Positions 9,538 through 19,668 are shown, counted from the first letter of the stretch. The stretch: DNA of 64,000 bases from Dehalococcoidia bacterium (GCA_965207225.1 CBDBLV010000005.1:1760001-1824000), one strand, 5' to 3'. Made by a program: numbers and translations. The notes: generated by a model from the letters alone, not told the origin.

Positions 9538-10767
9538 CTAAATGAACCGCCAGTCGTACGACGCCGTGGAGATGATCTCGGGCCCGTCCGCTGTGATGAT
9601 CATCTGCTCACCCAGCTTCGCCGCCTCTACCGCCCCGACCTCTCCCACGTAGCGTTCCAGCGTCATCACCATATTCTCTTCCAGCACCCCCGGTTCGTGC
9701 CCGAACCCGTGTGGCGTCTTGTCGGGATACCCGATGGCCGGCCACTCGTCCGACATCCCCGCCCCATGAGACATCACCGGATATCGCTGCGCCTTGTACT
9801 TCTCCGGGAACTGGTACGCCTTCTCGGCGATCTCCTGGTAGCTGTTGCCAGGCCGGAACAGGTCCATTGACTGCTGGATGAACTCGTAGCCGGTCTTGTA
9901 CACGTCCATCTGCGCGTCGCTGGGGTTGCCGTCGCCGCACAGGTAGGTCCGGGACACGCACAGGAAGTACCCCATCGGCCCGGCCATGTCGATGTCGAAC
10001 CCGACCAAGTCCCCCGGCCTCACTAACCTCTGCGACGTATCCTTGAACCAGGGGTTCATGTTCCCACCCGCGGCCAGCAGCTTACCGTCGGTGTGCTCGC
10101 CGCCGTACTTCAGGTTCGTCCCTGCCAGGATCGACCACAGCTCGTCCTCGCTGACCCCTGGCCTGATCGCCTGCCGGGTGTTCTCGATGGCAATGTCCGC
10201 CACCGCTGCAGCCTGCCGCATCAGGGTGAGCTCGTCCGGAGTCTTGATCGCTCGGGCACGCTCTATTGCCTCCCACCCGTCGACCAGCCGGATCCCGTGT
10301 CGCTGCGCCGTCTCGAATCCCAGCGCATCCAGCTTGTCCAACCCTATCCGCTCCGACGCCAACGCCAGCTCATCCAGTACATCCTTCAACCCAGCCGCCC
10401 ACAGCTCCACCGCCTCATTCATATATGGACCGCATGGAAAGAAGTCCCACACCTGTCCGGGCCTGATCCGCAATTCATCAGTGTCCTCGGCACTGGACAT
10501 ATCCCCGAACAGCACTGGCGCTCCTTCCTGGGGGATCAGGGCATATCGCTGGAACCGCCTCAGATTGTACGCCCCCGAGGACCGGGATCCCGTGGCATAT
10601 CGCACGTTCACGGGGTCGAACATAAGGATGCCGCCCAGGTCTTGTTTGGCCATCTGGCCCTGAAGCCGAGCCAGCCGGTCTCTCTTCAGCCTCGCAACAT
10701 CGATCCGCTCCTCGAAATCTACAACCTGCTGCCCTACCAAGTCCTTCTGATGCGCAGCTTTCTCCAT
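9538..10767 (-). CDS. M24 peptidase-fold protein, DddP (DMSP lyase)-like, divergent
   Basis: FDPVNVRYATG, NPWF, FDID..GP.G, HG.G.SDEWP, YVGEVG motifs; GGAGG RBS before ATG 10767. Confidence 0.75.
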   Translation of the reverse strand: MEKAAHQKDLVGQQVVDFEERIDVARLKRDRLARLQGQMAKQDLGGILMFDPVNVRYATGSRSSGAYNLRRFQRYALIPQEGAPVLFGDMSSAEDTDELRIRPGQVWDFFPCGPYMNEAVELWAAGLKDVLDELALASERIGLDKLDALGFETAQRHGIRLVDGWEAIERARAIKTPDELTLMRQAAAVADIAIENTRQAIRPGVSEDELWSILAGTNLKYGGEHTDGKLLAAGGNMNPWFKDTSQRLVRPGDLVGFDIDMAGPMGYFLCVSRTYLCGDGNPSDAQMDVYKTGYEFIQQSMDLFRPGNSYQEIAEKAYQFPEKYKAQRYPVMSHGAGMSDEWPAIGYPDKTPHGFGHEPGVLEENMVMTLERYVGEVGAVEAAKLGEQMIITADGPEIISTASYDWRFI

Positions 10768-10790
10768 CGCCTTCCTCCCTCTTGTCGAGC

Positions 10791-11957
10791 CTACGTGTTG
10801 TACGCCCCCGCCTCCCAACCCCACCTCTTCTTCCAGTCCCGAGGCACGTTGCGGAACCTGTCGAACTTGAACGCCGAAATATCCACCGCACATTCCCCAT
10901 CGACGATAAGCTCCTTCACCGCCAGCCCCGTTGACGGAGACAGCCCGAACCCGTTCCCCGACACGCAGACCACTACAAAACCTTCGGGCTCATTTACCTT
11001 GTCGATGATCGGGATGCTGTCCGGCGTCTGCTCCACCACCCCCGCCCACGACCTTAGCACCCGCGTGTCCTCCAGTGCAGGAAATAGCTCCGCCAGCCGC
11101 CGAGAGATGTTTCGCACCAGGGGTGTGTTCGGCTTCGGAGGCGTCTTATCCACCTCCACGTCCACCCACTCGTGGGGCCCTCCCCCGAATACCAGGTTGC
11201 CCCGCAGTGTCTGCCTTCCGTACAACCCGTTCCCTGCGATATATGTCGTGAACCTCGACTCCAGGGGCACGGTGGCGATGATCTCCACCCGACCCGGCGC
11301 CACCGGTACATGCAACCCGACCATATCCCCAATCAACCCCGACTGTGGCCCTGCCGCACTCACAACCACGTCTGCGGTTACCGCCCCCCGGCTTGTCTCT
11401 ACCCCCCTCACCCGACCTCCCGCCACATCTATCCCTATTACAGCGGTGTCCTGATAGATGCGTCCGCCCCGGTCCTGGCACGCCCAGGCGTATGCCTGCA
11501 CCGCCCGCTGGGGGTTGGAGTGGCCCGCGTTGGGAAAGTACATCCCGCCAAGAGCCCTGTCCGTCAGTTCCGGGACCAGGGATCGCATCTCCTCCGGGTC
11601 TACCTCCTTGGCCTCGACCCCGAACTTTGGAGCGTTGACGGCCATCGCCCGCACCAAGTCCATCTCCTCCTCCCACATCGCCACCTGCAGCCGACCCTCG
11701 TGGATGAACTCCGTCGGGTAGCCCAATTCCTCATCCATGGTCTTCCACGTCTCCCGGGCCCGGGTTGCCATGGGAATGGCGAAGGGTTCGTCAGCCCGCG
11801 GGCTCATGCTTCCCCCGTTCCGCGCCGACGCCTCTCCCCCGATCAACCCCTTCTCAAGCACCACTACATCCACTCCCGCGTTGGCCAGAAAATAGGCAGA
11901 GCTCAGCCCCGACACCCCACCCCCGATGATCACCACCTCGGCGCTGTCCAGATTCAC
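10791..11957 (-). CDS. FAD-binding oxidoreductase (sarcosine oxidase beta/opine oxidase B-like)
   Basis: GGGVSG, ASARNGG, SWAG, TPD..PII, SGNGFG. Confidence 0.9.
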   Translation of the reverse strand: MNLDSAEVVIIGGGVSGLSSAYFLANAGVDVVVLEKGLIGGEASARNGGSMSPRADEPFAIPMATRARETWKTMDEELGYPTEFIHEGRLQVAMWEEEMDLVRAMAVNAPKFGVEAKEVDPEEMRSLVPELTDRALGGMYFPNAGHSNPQRAVQAYAWACQDRGGRIYQDTAVIGIDVAGGRVRGVETSRGAVTADVVVSAAGPQSGLIGDMVGLHVPVAPGRVEIIATVPLESRFTTYIAGNGLYGRQTLRGNLVFGGGPHEWVDVEVDKTPPKPNTPLVRNISRRLAELFPALEDTRVLRSWAGVVEQTPDSIPIIDKVNEPEGFVVVCVSGNGFGLSPSTGLAVKELIVDGECAVDISAFKFDRFRNVPRDWKKRWGWEAGAYNT

Positions 11958-13439
11958 CTAGTCGCCTCCACCCAGGGACTCAAGTTTGGTGGCGGGCTTT
12001 TTGAACCACTTCGGCCAGTCTGTCCGAGTCTCTTCCGTCTCCTCGCTATCCCACATTGACCGAAGCGGCAAAGGCCGGATGGGGGTCCTGAATGTCGCCA
12101 GGGGCACTTCCGACGCATCCACCCCCGACGCCTCTGCCGAGATCAACGCCACCTCCTCCCTGCACCGACGCCCCTGGCAATAGCCCATTCCCGCCCGCGT
12201 CAGGCGTTTCAGCCTGTCCAGGTTGACTGGTGCCTCCTGGAACAGAGTTGCCAGCGTCCTGTCTCCCATCTTCCTCGAAGGCCAGCCCAGGTATCGGGGC
12301 GGTGACACGGCTTGAATGTCTGCTCGACTCACCTCTTCGCAAAGGCAAACCGTCACATCTCCCCTGTCTCCATCCGCCAACGACCTTCGCCATGACTCCC
12401 AGTATTCGACTTCGGGCAGGGATCCATTCTGCATCCCCGAAACTAGGTCCTCCGCAACGCCTTCTGTTATCCCAGCCGCCCCTCTCCCTGCCCGGACCCC
12501 CTGCCGCTCGGCAAGCGCCTCGTCGACACTTCCAGTTACGTCCCCCGCCACGAACACCCCTTCGATACTCGTTTGCATCTGGAAGTTGAACGCCGGAACA
12601 TACCCGCCGGCGCTTGCGTCGAACCGCAAATCGCAGCCTGTCAGATAAGGCAGCTCTACCGAAGGCACGACCCCCATGGCGAGACAAACGGTATCGCAGG
12701 CTATCTCAAACCTGCCGGTGTCTGAGTCAACAACCAGGGTCTCCACCTCCCGCTGACCCCTAGCCTCCACGACCCTATGATTGGTGTAGAAGGTGACGCC
12801 GCGCTCTTTCAGCATACCGGCAAGCGGCCCCGCCAGCCTTACCTCCGAGCCCTGCTCCACGATTGCCGCAACCTCTATCCCATGCTCAAGTGCCAGTTTT
12901 GCAGTGACGAGCGCCACATCACCAGACCCGAGAATCACCACCCGACTCCCGCTGAACGCCCGGTACTTCTCAATGAGCGCCCCCAGCCCCCGCGCCCCTA
13001 CCACCCCCACCAACTCCCGACCCGGAAAGCTCAGCGAGAGGTCTCGGGCTCCCGTGGCCAGCACCAGCCGGTCGTATTCCAGCATCCACGTCTCCCGGTC
13101 GTTGCCGAGACCCAGCACCGGTTTCGGCACATGTCGGCTGTTCTCTCGCTCCCGGAAGCTCCCCCACACGTACACGCCGGGCAGCACGTCTACCCCCGCC
13201 TCCTGCACTTGCCCGATTCCCGGGTTCGCATCGATGACCCGCTGCAACATCAACCCCTCGTCTCGTATGGTAGGCGTCATCCGCTGCCCGAACAGGTAGG
13301 GTATATCGAGGCCCATCATCGAGGAGTCGATGGGGTGCTCGTCGATTAGCGTCACCCGGGTCCCGGCCTCCGCGGCCGCAACCGCAGCTGCTATTCCGGC
13401 GGGTCCCGCCCCAACTACCGCGACATGTACGTCAACCAT
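11958..13439 (-). CDS. FAD/NAD oxidoreductase with C-terminal BFD-like domain (opine oxidase A/HcnB-like)
   Basis: GAGPAG, ATGARD, AGD, VCLCEEV..TRAGMGYCQGRRC, R.PIRP. Confidence 0.85.
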   Translation of the reverse strand: MVDVHVAVVGAGPAGIAAAVAAAEAGTRVTLIDEHPIDSSMMGLDIPYLFGQRMTPTIRDEGLMLQRVIDANPGIGQVQEAGVDVLPGVYVWGSFRERENSRHVPKPVLGLGNDRETWMLEYDRLVLATGARDLSLSFPGRELVGVVGARGLGALIEKYRAFSGSRVVILGSGDVALVTAKLALEHGIEVAAIVEQGSEVRLAGPLAGMLKERGVTFYTNHRVVEARGQREVETLVVDSDTGRFEIACDTVCLAMGVVPSVELPYLTGCDLRFDASAGGYVPAFNFQMQTSIEGVFVAGDVTGSVDEALAERQGVRAGRGAAGITEGVAEDLVSGMQNGSLPEVEYWESWRRSLADGDRGDVTVCLCEEVSRADIQAVSPPRYLGWPSRKMGDRTLATLFQEAPVNLDRLKRLTRAGMGYCQGRRCREEVALISAEASGVDASEVPLATFRTPIRPLPLRSMWDSEETEETRTDWPKWFKKPATKLESLGGGD

Positions 13440-13477
13440 ATTCCTTTACCTTGGACTGGCGGTTATCGGCGCGGGTA

Positions 13478-13506
13478 ATCGTAGGTTCGGGGCAGGGTGG
13501 GGTCAA
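13478..13506 (-). promoter_or_regulatory. Putative sigma70 promoter TTGACC-17-TACGAT
   Basis: Near-consensus hexamers with 17-bp spacing, ~40 bp upstream of ATG 13439. Confidence 0.55.
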
Positions 13507-13536
13507 GGGGCCTTCGGGCCTGCGCCGTCAGGACAC

Positions 13537-16002
13537 CTAGTACAGCACCCCCGAGGCCGCTAGATCGCCTATTTCGTCATCCGTCATGCGCAGCACTTCC
13601 TTCAGCACATACTCGTTGTGCTGGCCCAGCATCGGCGACGGAGTCTTGTAAAGGGCTGGCGTTGCCGAACAGATAAACTCCGTCCCATCAAACGGGTGCC
13701 GGCCCATTTCAGGGTGGTCCATCCAGACATAGTGGCCCCGGTGGGCAAGCTGCTTGTCTGAGAATAGGTTTTCGCAGCTGTTCACCGCTCCCGCCGGGAC
13801 CCCGGCTGCCTGCAGCATCTCCATTAGCGGCACGGGCTCGAAGTTGCGGGTCCATTCGGATATCAGGTCGTCAATCATCTCTTCGTTTGCCTTGCGCTCG
13901 GGAGAATGCTTGAACTTGGGATCCCCAGCCCATGCAGGCCCCCCCATTGCTGACACCAACGCCTGCCACTGCTCATCCGTCTCCACGGCGATGGCGCACC
14001 AGGTGTCGGGTTCCTTGCAGGGGTAAACGGCATAGGGGGCGGCGGTTAGTGACCGGTTCCCGTCTCTCTCTTGCTCCCGACCATTCGCCGAATAGTCCAG
14101 TAGGGCGGGTGCCAGGACCTGGAGCGCCCCTTCCAGCTGCGAAAAATCGAGGTATTGCCCTTGCCCCGTACGGTCCCGGTAATCTAACGCCGCTATCAGC
14201 CCCGAAGCTCCGAATCTCGCCAGGAAGAAGTCTGTGTAAGCGCCGTAAGGAGGCACTGGCGTGCGGTCCGGCCACCCGCAGTGATGGACGAACCCGGCCA
14301 GAGACCCTAACATCGGCCCGAAGCCCGCCTGCCTATCGTAAGGCCCCCCTCTCCCAAGCATCGAAGCGCTGTACATGACGATGTCCGGCTTAATTGCCTT
14401 GAGGTCCTCGTATCCCAGGCTATAGCGCTCCAGGGTCCCGGGAGAGAAATTCTCCGTAACTACATCTGCCCACCGCACCAGCCGGTGTATTACCTTCTTG
14501 GCCTCGGGATTGGAGAAATCAATGCTCACCCCCAGTTTATTGGAGTTGTAGTTGGTGAAATAACCGCTCCGGTTAATGCCCGGAATGCCATCTGCAAAGG
14601 GCGATGCCGTCCTTAGCACTTCCACCCGCCTGAGCGACTCCACCCTGACTACCGTTGCCCCGTGGTCGGAGAGATAGCGCGTGGTTAGGGGTCCAATGCC
14701 CACCCAGCAAAAGTCCAGCACCTTCAATCCCTCGAAGGGCTGCGTTTTCATGCGCTGTCCCGCTCGGGGCTTGCCATTGCGGCTTCCGCCCCTCCCCCCC
14801 AGAACTTCACCATTGTCCTCACCTAGTAGGGGAGCCCGACGCCTTGGGCCCAGGTAGGAGGCCGTCGACTTTATGAAAGCGCCCGGATAGCGAAAAGAGC
14901 GGTCTTCCTCGGGGTGGTTAATCTCGATGAAGAAATTGCGCTCCGAAAGCTGGGGATCGGAAAACGCGTCCTCGGCGTTCGCCACCGGGAACATCAGAAT
15001 GCCCCTATCGAAGGCGCCCTGGTACAGTTCCCGCTTCGTGTGAGTGAGAAAGAACGCGGCCATCGCACCTTCAATGCTCTCCAGCACCTCGTCGGACAGC
15101 TTTCCCGCGTCGATTTCGTGCCAGTCAAACCGGGCGTCGGGTCTGAGCTCGAATCCCTCGTCGGCCATCCACTCAAATAGGGCATTGGTGCGCGCACCTA
15201 GGACCCCTCCGGTTACAAAGAAGGATACGAACCCATCCTTGCAGGTCCACGTATTCCTGAGCCGACGCTCGCCTCCCATCCCTCGATATATCCCAAGACG
15301 TACGACATTTATGTGGTTGAGCCCCCAGGAGATCGCAGCTTCCGAAAGCACCCGTGCTACGGATTGCTGCCCTGAAACGTCGACGTGCTGTCCCTGTCCT
15401 GTCTTGAGTCTGTGGTAGTGCGCCACCATCGCCCCTATCGCCCCCGAGGCCCCAGCCAGCGCCCCAAACTGCGGCTGCGTGACCCGCAGCGGGGGCCTGT
15501 CCGCGTCTCCCGTAAGGAAACTAAGGCCCCCCATGGCCATGCCAACCAGGTCGGGGCCCTGGAACCTTGAGTACGGCCCGGTCTGCCCGAAGGGCGTCAT
15601 GGAGACCATTACAAGAGACGGGTTTATGGCTCTCAGGGTCTCGTATCCGAGCCCCTGCTTGTCCATGTATCCCGGGGCAAATCCTTCCAGTAGGAAGTCG
15701 GAGTCCGCAACTAGGTCCTTGAGCTTGCCCACCCCCGACTCCGAGGCAATGTCTAGGGTGACACTCCGCTTGCCCCCCGCCCATGCCCACCAGACTAGGC
15801 TGCGCTCGGGATCAGGGTCGTCCTTATAGAATGGCCCGAGCCGGCGCGCCGGGTTCCCCTCCCGGGGCTCGACTGCAATAACCTCCGCCCCCAGATCAGC
15901 GAGGATTTTCCCCGCCAGCATACCCATCTCGCCGCAGAGGTCCAGTACACGGTAAGGAGAAAGTAGGCCCGATCCTTCGCTTCCAGGTTCGATTGTGGGC
16001 AC
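13537..16002 (-). CDS. Tandem-fused double-domain class III (CaiB/BaiF) CoA-transferase
   Basis: Two VLD..LAD.GA.V..VE domains; GTG start after GGAGG. Confidence 0.9.
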   Translation of the reverse strand: MPTIEPGSEGSGLLSPYRVLDLCGEMGMLAGKILADLGAEVIAVEPREGNPARRLGPFYKDDPDPERSLVWWAWAGGKRSVTLDIASESGVGKLKDLVADSDFLLEGFAPGYMDKQGLGYETLRAINPSLVMVSMTPFGQTGPYSRFQGPDLVGMAMGGLSFLTGDADRPPLRVTQPQFGALAGASGAIGAMVAHYHRLKTGQGQHVDVSGQQSVARVLSEAAISWGLNHINVVRLGIYRGMGGERRLRNTWTCKDGFVSFFVTGGVLGARTNALFEWMADEGFELRPDARFDWHEIDAGKLSDEVLESIEGAMAAFFLTHTKRELYQGAFDRGILMFPVANAEDAFSDPQLSERNFFIEINHPEEDRSFRYPGAFIKSTASYLGPRRRAPLLGEDNGEVLGGRGGSRNGKPRAGQRMKTQPFEGLKVLDFCWVGIGPLTTRYLSDHGATVVRVESLRRVEVLRTASPFADGIPGINRSGYFTNYNSNKLGVSIDFSNPEAKKVIHRLVRWADVVTENFSPGTLERYSLGYEDLKAIKPDIVMYSASMLGRGGPYDRQAGFGPMLGSLAGFVHHCGWPDRTPVPPYGAYTDFFLARFGASGLIAALDYRDRTGQGQYLDFSQLEGALQVLAPALLDYSANGREQERDGNRSLTAAPYAVYPCKEPDTWCAIAVETDEQWQALVSAMGGPAWAGDPKFKHSPERKANEEMIDDLISEWTRNFEPVPLMEMLQAAGVPAGAVNSCENLFSDKQLAHRGHYVWMDHPEMGRHPFDGTEFICSATPALYKTPSPMLGQHNEYVLKEVLRMTDDEIGDLAASGVLY

Positions 16003-16024
16003 GGTTTCCGCCGCCTCCCCAGGT

Positions 16025-17128
16025 CTAGAGGCCCAGGGCATCGCCCAGTTTGCGCTTGTGGTGCTTCGGGTCTCCCAGGTAGCTGTAGAGGGTGCGCGAC
16101 ATCTGGGTGTGCAGCGTGAGCCCGTAACCCTTGTCAATGCCTATTCCTGCGAGCACCTCGTGGGCGGCATCACATGCCTTGACATAAGCCTCGGCGGTCA
16201 CGGCTTTGGCCATGTGTACCGAAGTCTCGGCGTCTCGGCCCGTGTCTAGCTTCCACAGGGTCTCGTAGGTCGTCCAGCGCGCCGAGTCCAGGTGATTAAC
16301 CAGACGGATAATGTGGTCCTGCACCCTCTGGAACCGGCCAATCGGCCTCCCAAACTGCACCCGCGTTCGGCTATGGTCAACCGCCATGTCAAACACGGTC
16401 TGCATTCCACCCACCTGGTAGGCACAGAGAATGGGCAGGGCCTTTATCAGGGCTCGCTCGAACGCTGGCCACCCTTCCGCCAGCACGGCAGATGTCGGCG
16501 CTTCCACGCCGTCGAATCTGACCTCGTACATGGATGTCATGAACCCGTCCAACCCCCGCACCTCGACCCCCTGAACCCCCGCCTCGATAACCGCAAACAC
16601 CACTTCCGACGCCTGTCTCACTGCACAGATGAAGTGAGTGGCCGACCGAGCGTCCTGCACAAACAGCTTGGTTCCGGAAAGACTATATGCTCCATTCTGA
16701 GAAGTTAGGGTCATGCCAATCGACCCGGGAGTCCACCCGTAGTCGGGCTCCGTAATGGCCATGCTGAATGCGAACTCACCCAAGCTTATCCCCGGCAGAT
16801 ACTTATGTTTCTGCTCCTCGGAACCTGCCTCCTGCACCAGCAGGGCCGCGAGGATACCCGACGAAAAGAAAGGCCCGGGCACCGGCCCTCGACCCAGCTC
16901 CTCGAACACAACGGCCGCATCAGTCAGAGAGTTCCCGGATCCTCCGTACTCGACAGGAGCCAGCATCCCGAGCCAACCCATCTCCCGGGCGCGGTTCCAG
17001 AGCTCGGGGGTGGTCTCCTGTCTCGCCTCTTCCATCTGGAGGATCGTCTCCTTGGAGAACTCCCGCTGCACGAAATCGCGGGTCACCCGACGGAGAAGCT
17101 CCTGCTCTTCGGTGAGGGATAAGTCCAT
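16025..17128 (-). CDS. Acyl-CoA dehydrogenase (partner subunit)
   Basis: MDLSLTEEQ, EELGR, RVQFGRPIG.FQ. Confidence 0.9.
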   Translation of the reverse strand: MDLSLTEEQELLRRVTRDFVQREFSKETILQMEEARQETTPELWNRAREMGWLGMLAPVEYGGSGNSLTDAAVVFEELGRGPVPGPFFSSGILAALLVQEAGSEEQKHKYLPGISLGEFAFSMAITEPDYGWTPGSIGMTLTSQNGAYSLSGTKLFVQDARSATHFICAVRQASEVVFAVIEAGVQGVEVRGLDGFMTSMYEVRFDGVEAPTSAVLAEGWPAFERALIKALPILCAYQVGGMQTVFDMAVDHSRTRVQFGRPIGRFQRVQDHIIRLVNHLDSARWTTYETLWKLDTGRDAETSVHMAKAVTAEAYVKACDAAHEVLAGIGIDKGYGLTLHTQMSRTLYSYLGDPKHHKRKLGDALGL

Positions 17129-17144
17129 GAGAGTCTGAAGGGCC

Positions 17145-18377
17145 TCAGGCCAGCGCCCCGGCCTTTTCCCTAACGGTACGCCCGACCCCGATACGTCGGG
17201 ACATGATGACTTTCTGGATATCGGCCGTTCCGGCAGGATGGAGATTGACAATGGAGTTGCGCTGGTCCAGCTCGACCGCCGTCTTCAACACCGTCCACCG
17301 CTCATCCTTCACCAGCGCGTACGGCCCGAGAATATCCAGCATCGCTTCCGCATTCTCCAGCCCTGCCATCTTCTCATAGTAGGACAGTTGCGAGCCTTCG
17401 TAAGAGCGAGGTTGATTAGCATTGGCCAGCCAGAAGTTCCGCACCCCGAAAAGGCGCACAATCTCGGAACGCATGTAGATATCGGCTAGGCGCAGGCGTA
17501 TCTCTGGGTCGGCGCTCAGGGGTCTGCCGCTTCGTTGGGTCTCCTTGCAGTAGTCGATAAATCGGCTGACCAGCGTGTTCGGCTGGATGGCCCCACCCCC
17601 GCCATGCTCCAGCTCCAGATGGGTAGTGGCCACCTGCCACCCATTGTTCTCCCCCCCGACCAGGTTGAACGCCGGCACCCGGACGTTCTCGAAATGAATA
17701 GTGTTCTTCCGCCCGGTCCCCGCCCCCCCTTCATTGCCCGTTCCCAGGAGGTCCATGGGCAGGATGGACACGCCCGGTGCATCCATTGGGATAATGAACC
17801 ATGACAAATTCTCATGCCGGGGCGCCGAGGGGTCGGTCTCACACAACACCCACGCCTGCTCCGCCCCGTGATCAGACCCGACAAATATCTTGCCACCGTT
17901 GATGACGTACTCGTCACCGTCGCGGCTGGCGTTGGTCTTCACCCCTGCCAGGTCTGAACCGGCCTCGGGCTCCGTGAGAAGCTGCCAGGTTCGAACCTCG
18001 CCCTTGAAGATCGGAGGCAGGAAATGGGCCTTCTGCTCCTCGCTGCCCCACACCAGTATCGACGCCCCCCCTAACTGTCCCCCGGAGTCATAGTAGGGCG
18101 GCAGCGTCAGCCCCGCCTTGCCCAACTCTTCTTCGATGATAATGGCGTGGTCGATTGTCAGCCCGCCGCCACCGTACTGGGTCGGCGCCGTGGGCCACAG
18201 CCACCCCTTCTCCCCCAGCGCCCGACCTATCTTCCGACGCCTTCGATACTGGTCTAGAGAAAGGTCATGGGAGTCGACGGGAAACTCCAGCTCGTCAAGC
18301 CCGCAACCCTCCAGCAGCGCCCGTACTTCCTTGCGAAAGGATTCCTGCTCAGGCGTATATTCCAGCTCAAAATTCAT
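17145..18377 (-). CDS. Acyl-CoA dehydrogenase
   Basis: TEPEAGSDLA, NGGKIF, GENNGW, GT.DIQK. Confidence 0.9.
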   Translation of the reverse strand: MNFELEYTPEQESFRKEVRALLEGCGLDELEFPVDSHDLSLDQYRRRRKIGRALGEKGWLWPTAPTQYGGGGLTIDHAIIIEEELGKAGLTLPPYYDSGGQLGGASILVWGSEEQKAHFLPPIFKGEVRTWQLLTEPEAGSDLAGVKTNASRDGDEYVINGGKIFVGSDHGAEQAWVLCETDPSAPRHENLSWFIIPMDAPGVSILPMDLLGTGNEGGAGTGRKNTIHFENVRVPAFNLVGGENNGWQVATTHLELEHGGGGAIQPNTLVSRFIDYCKETQRSGRPLSADPEIRLRLADIYMRSEIVRLFGVRNFWLANANQPRSYEGSQLSYYEKMAGLENAEAMLDILGPYALVKDERWTVLKTAVELDQRNSIVNLHPAGTADIQKVIMSRRIGVGRTVREKAGALA

Positions 18378-18430
18378 AGCAAAGCGAAGGTTATTATTGG
18401 GCGTGGGGGGCTGGGGTGTCAATCGGGCAT

Positions 18431-18458
18431 TTCACCTCCTGCCTACGTGGGTTATAAT
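18431..18458 (+). promoter_or_regulatory. Putative sigma70 promoter TTCACC-16-TATAAT
   Basis: Perfect -10 in the divergent intergenic region upstream of the LLM-alr operon. Confidence 0.5.
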
Positions 18459-18496
18459 CGCCGACAGCCTTAAACTCTTAGGGAGACCCCCCACCC

Positions 18497-19651
18497 ATGC
18501 GTTTTGCCGCCGTTAGCACCATGATCGATCCCAAGAAGCGATACACTCAGTCTCAGCTTCTGGACACGTTGAGAGAACAGGTGGTGATGGCGGAGGACAT
18601 GGGCTTCGAAGCCTTCTGGCTCGGGGAGCACCATTTTGGGCCTCACGGAACGGGCAACATCCCCAACCCGATACTGGTCGGCGCCGACCTCGCAGCACGG
18701 ACTAAACATATACGCATAGGGCAGTTGGCCAACATTGCGGTATGGTGGCATCCCCTCAGACTCGCCGAGGACATCGCTGTGCTGGACAACCTAACCAAGG
18801 GCAGACTGGAGGTCGGGTTTGGGCGGGGAGTGTGGCCCTACGAGGGTCCCCAGTTCCACCCTAACGCCGACCCCCGAAAAGCCGATGAAAACCGCGCCCT
18901 CTTCGAAGAAGTCATCGAGGTTGTAAAGAAGGCCTGGACCGAAGAGTTCTTTGAACACAGGGGCGCCAACTTCCAGTTCCCCGCCGACGACACCAGTTTC
19001 TCCCATCCCAGGTTCGCCTCCGACCCTACCTGGCAGGATGGAGACCGCGTACTAAAGCTGAACGTAACACCGAAACCATACGAAAAACCCCACCCGCCTC
19101 TCTGGATGACTGTTTCAACCGACCGCTCGGTAACTACGGCAGCCCGGGCAGGTCTAAAGGCGTGCTACTGGCAGCCCCCACCCCTGCGCCTGAGGGAGAG
19201 ATTCAAGCTGTATGCCCGGACCCGATCAGAGATTGAGGGTCGGGAGTTCAGGCTGGGTGAGGACCAGGCGGTGATGAGGCATACCTTCGTGGCCCGGGAT
19301 AAGGAGGAGGCCCGACGAATCGCCGGGGAAGACATAATGTTCCCCTTCACCTACAACGACCCCTTCCGCGGATTGCAGGTCTTCATGAACCCGGGAGAAG
19401 AAGTCACTCCCGACATGAAAATGGACTGGGACTTCTTGAGTAGTCGGCATCTGCTGGTCGGGAGCCCGGAGGAGGTCACCGAGAAGATCCATGAACTCGA
19501 GGAGGTCTGCGGGCTCGAGTATCTGGTCATCAACTACGGCCACGGCTGGCTCCCGAAAGAAGATGCCATAGGCAACCTGGAGAACTTCGCCGCCAAGGTG
19601 ATGCCCAAGTTCAAGGAGACCCCGAAACCAGTGTCGGTAGCGGCATCCTGA
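18497..19651 (+). CDS. LLM-class flavin-dependent monooxygenase
   Basis: WLGEHHF, HPLRLAEDIAVLD..GR...G.GRG, PHPPLW, GSPEEV. Confidence 0.93.
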   Translation: MRFAAVSTMIDPKKRYTQSQLLDTLREQVVMAEDMGFEAFWLGEHHFGPHGTGNIPNPILVGADLAARTKHIRIGQLANIAVWWHPLRLAEDIAVLDNLTKGRLEVGFGRGVWPYEGPQFHPNADPRKADENRALFEEVIEVVKKAWTEEFFEHRGANFQFPADDTSFSHPRFASDPTWQDGDRVLKLNVTPKPYEKPHPPLWMTVSTDRSVTTAARAGLKACYWQPPPLRLRERFKLYARTRSEIEGREFRLGEDQAVMRHTFVARDKEEARRIAGEDIMFPFTYNDPFRGLQVFMNPGEEVTPDMKMDWDFLSSRHLLVGSPEEVTEKIHELEEVCGLEYLVINYGHGWLPKEDAIGNLENFAAKVMPKFKETPKPVSVAAS

Positions 19652-19668
19652 AGGATGCGAATTCCACA

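Noticed and set aside
10093-11454. Long antisense ORFs (also 39902-41116, 40870-42111, 7028-7969, 26836-27861 and others)
   Set aside because: Shadow frames of well-supported genes in high-GC DNA, with no motifs
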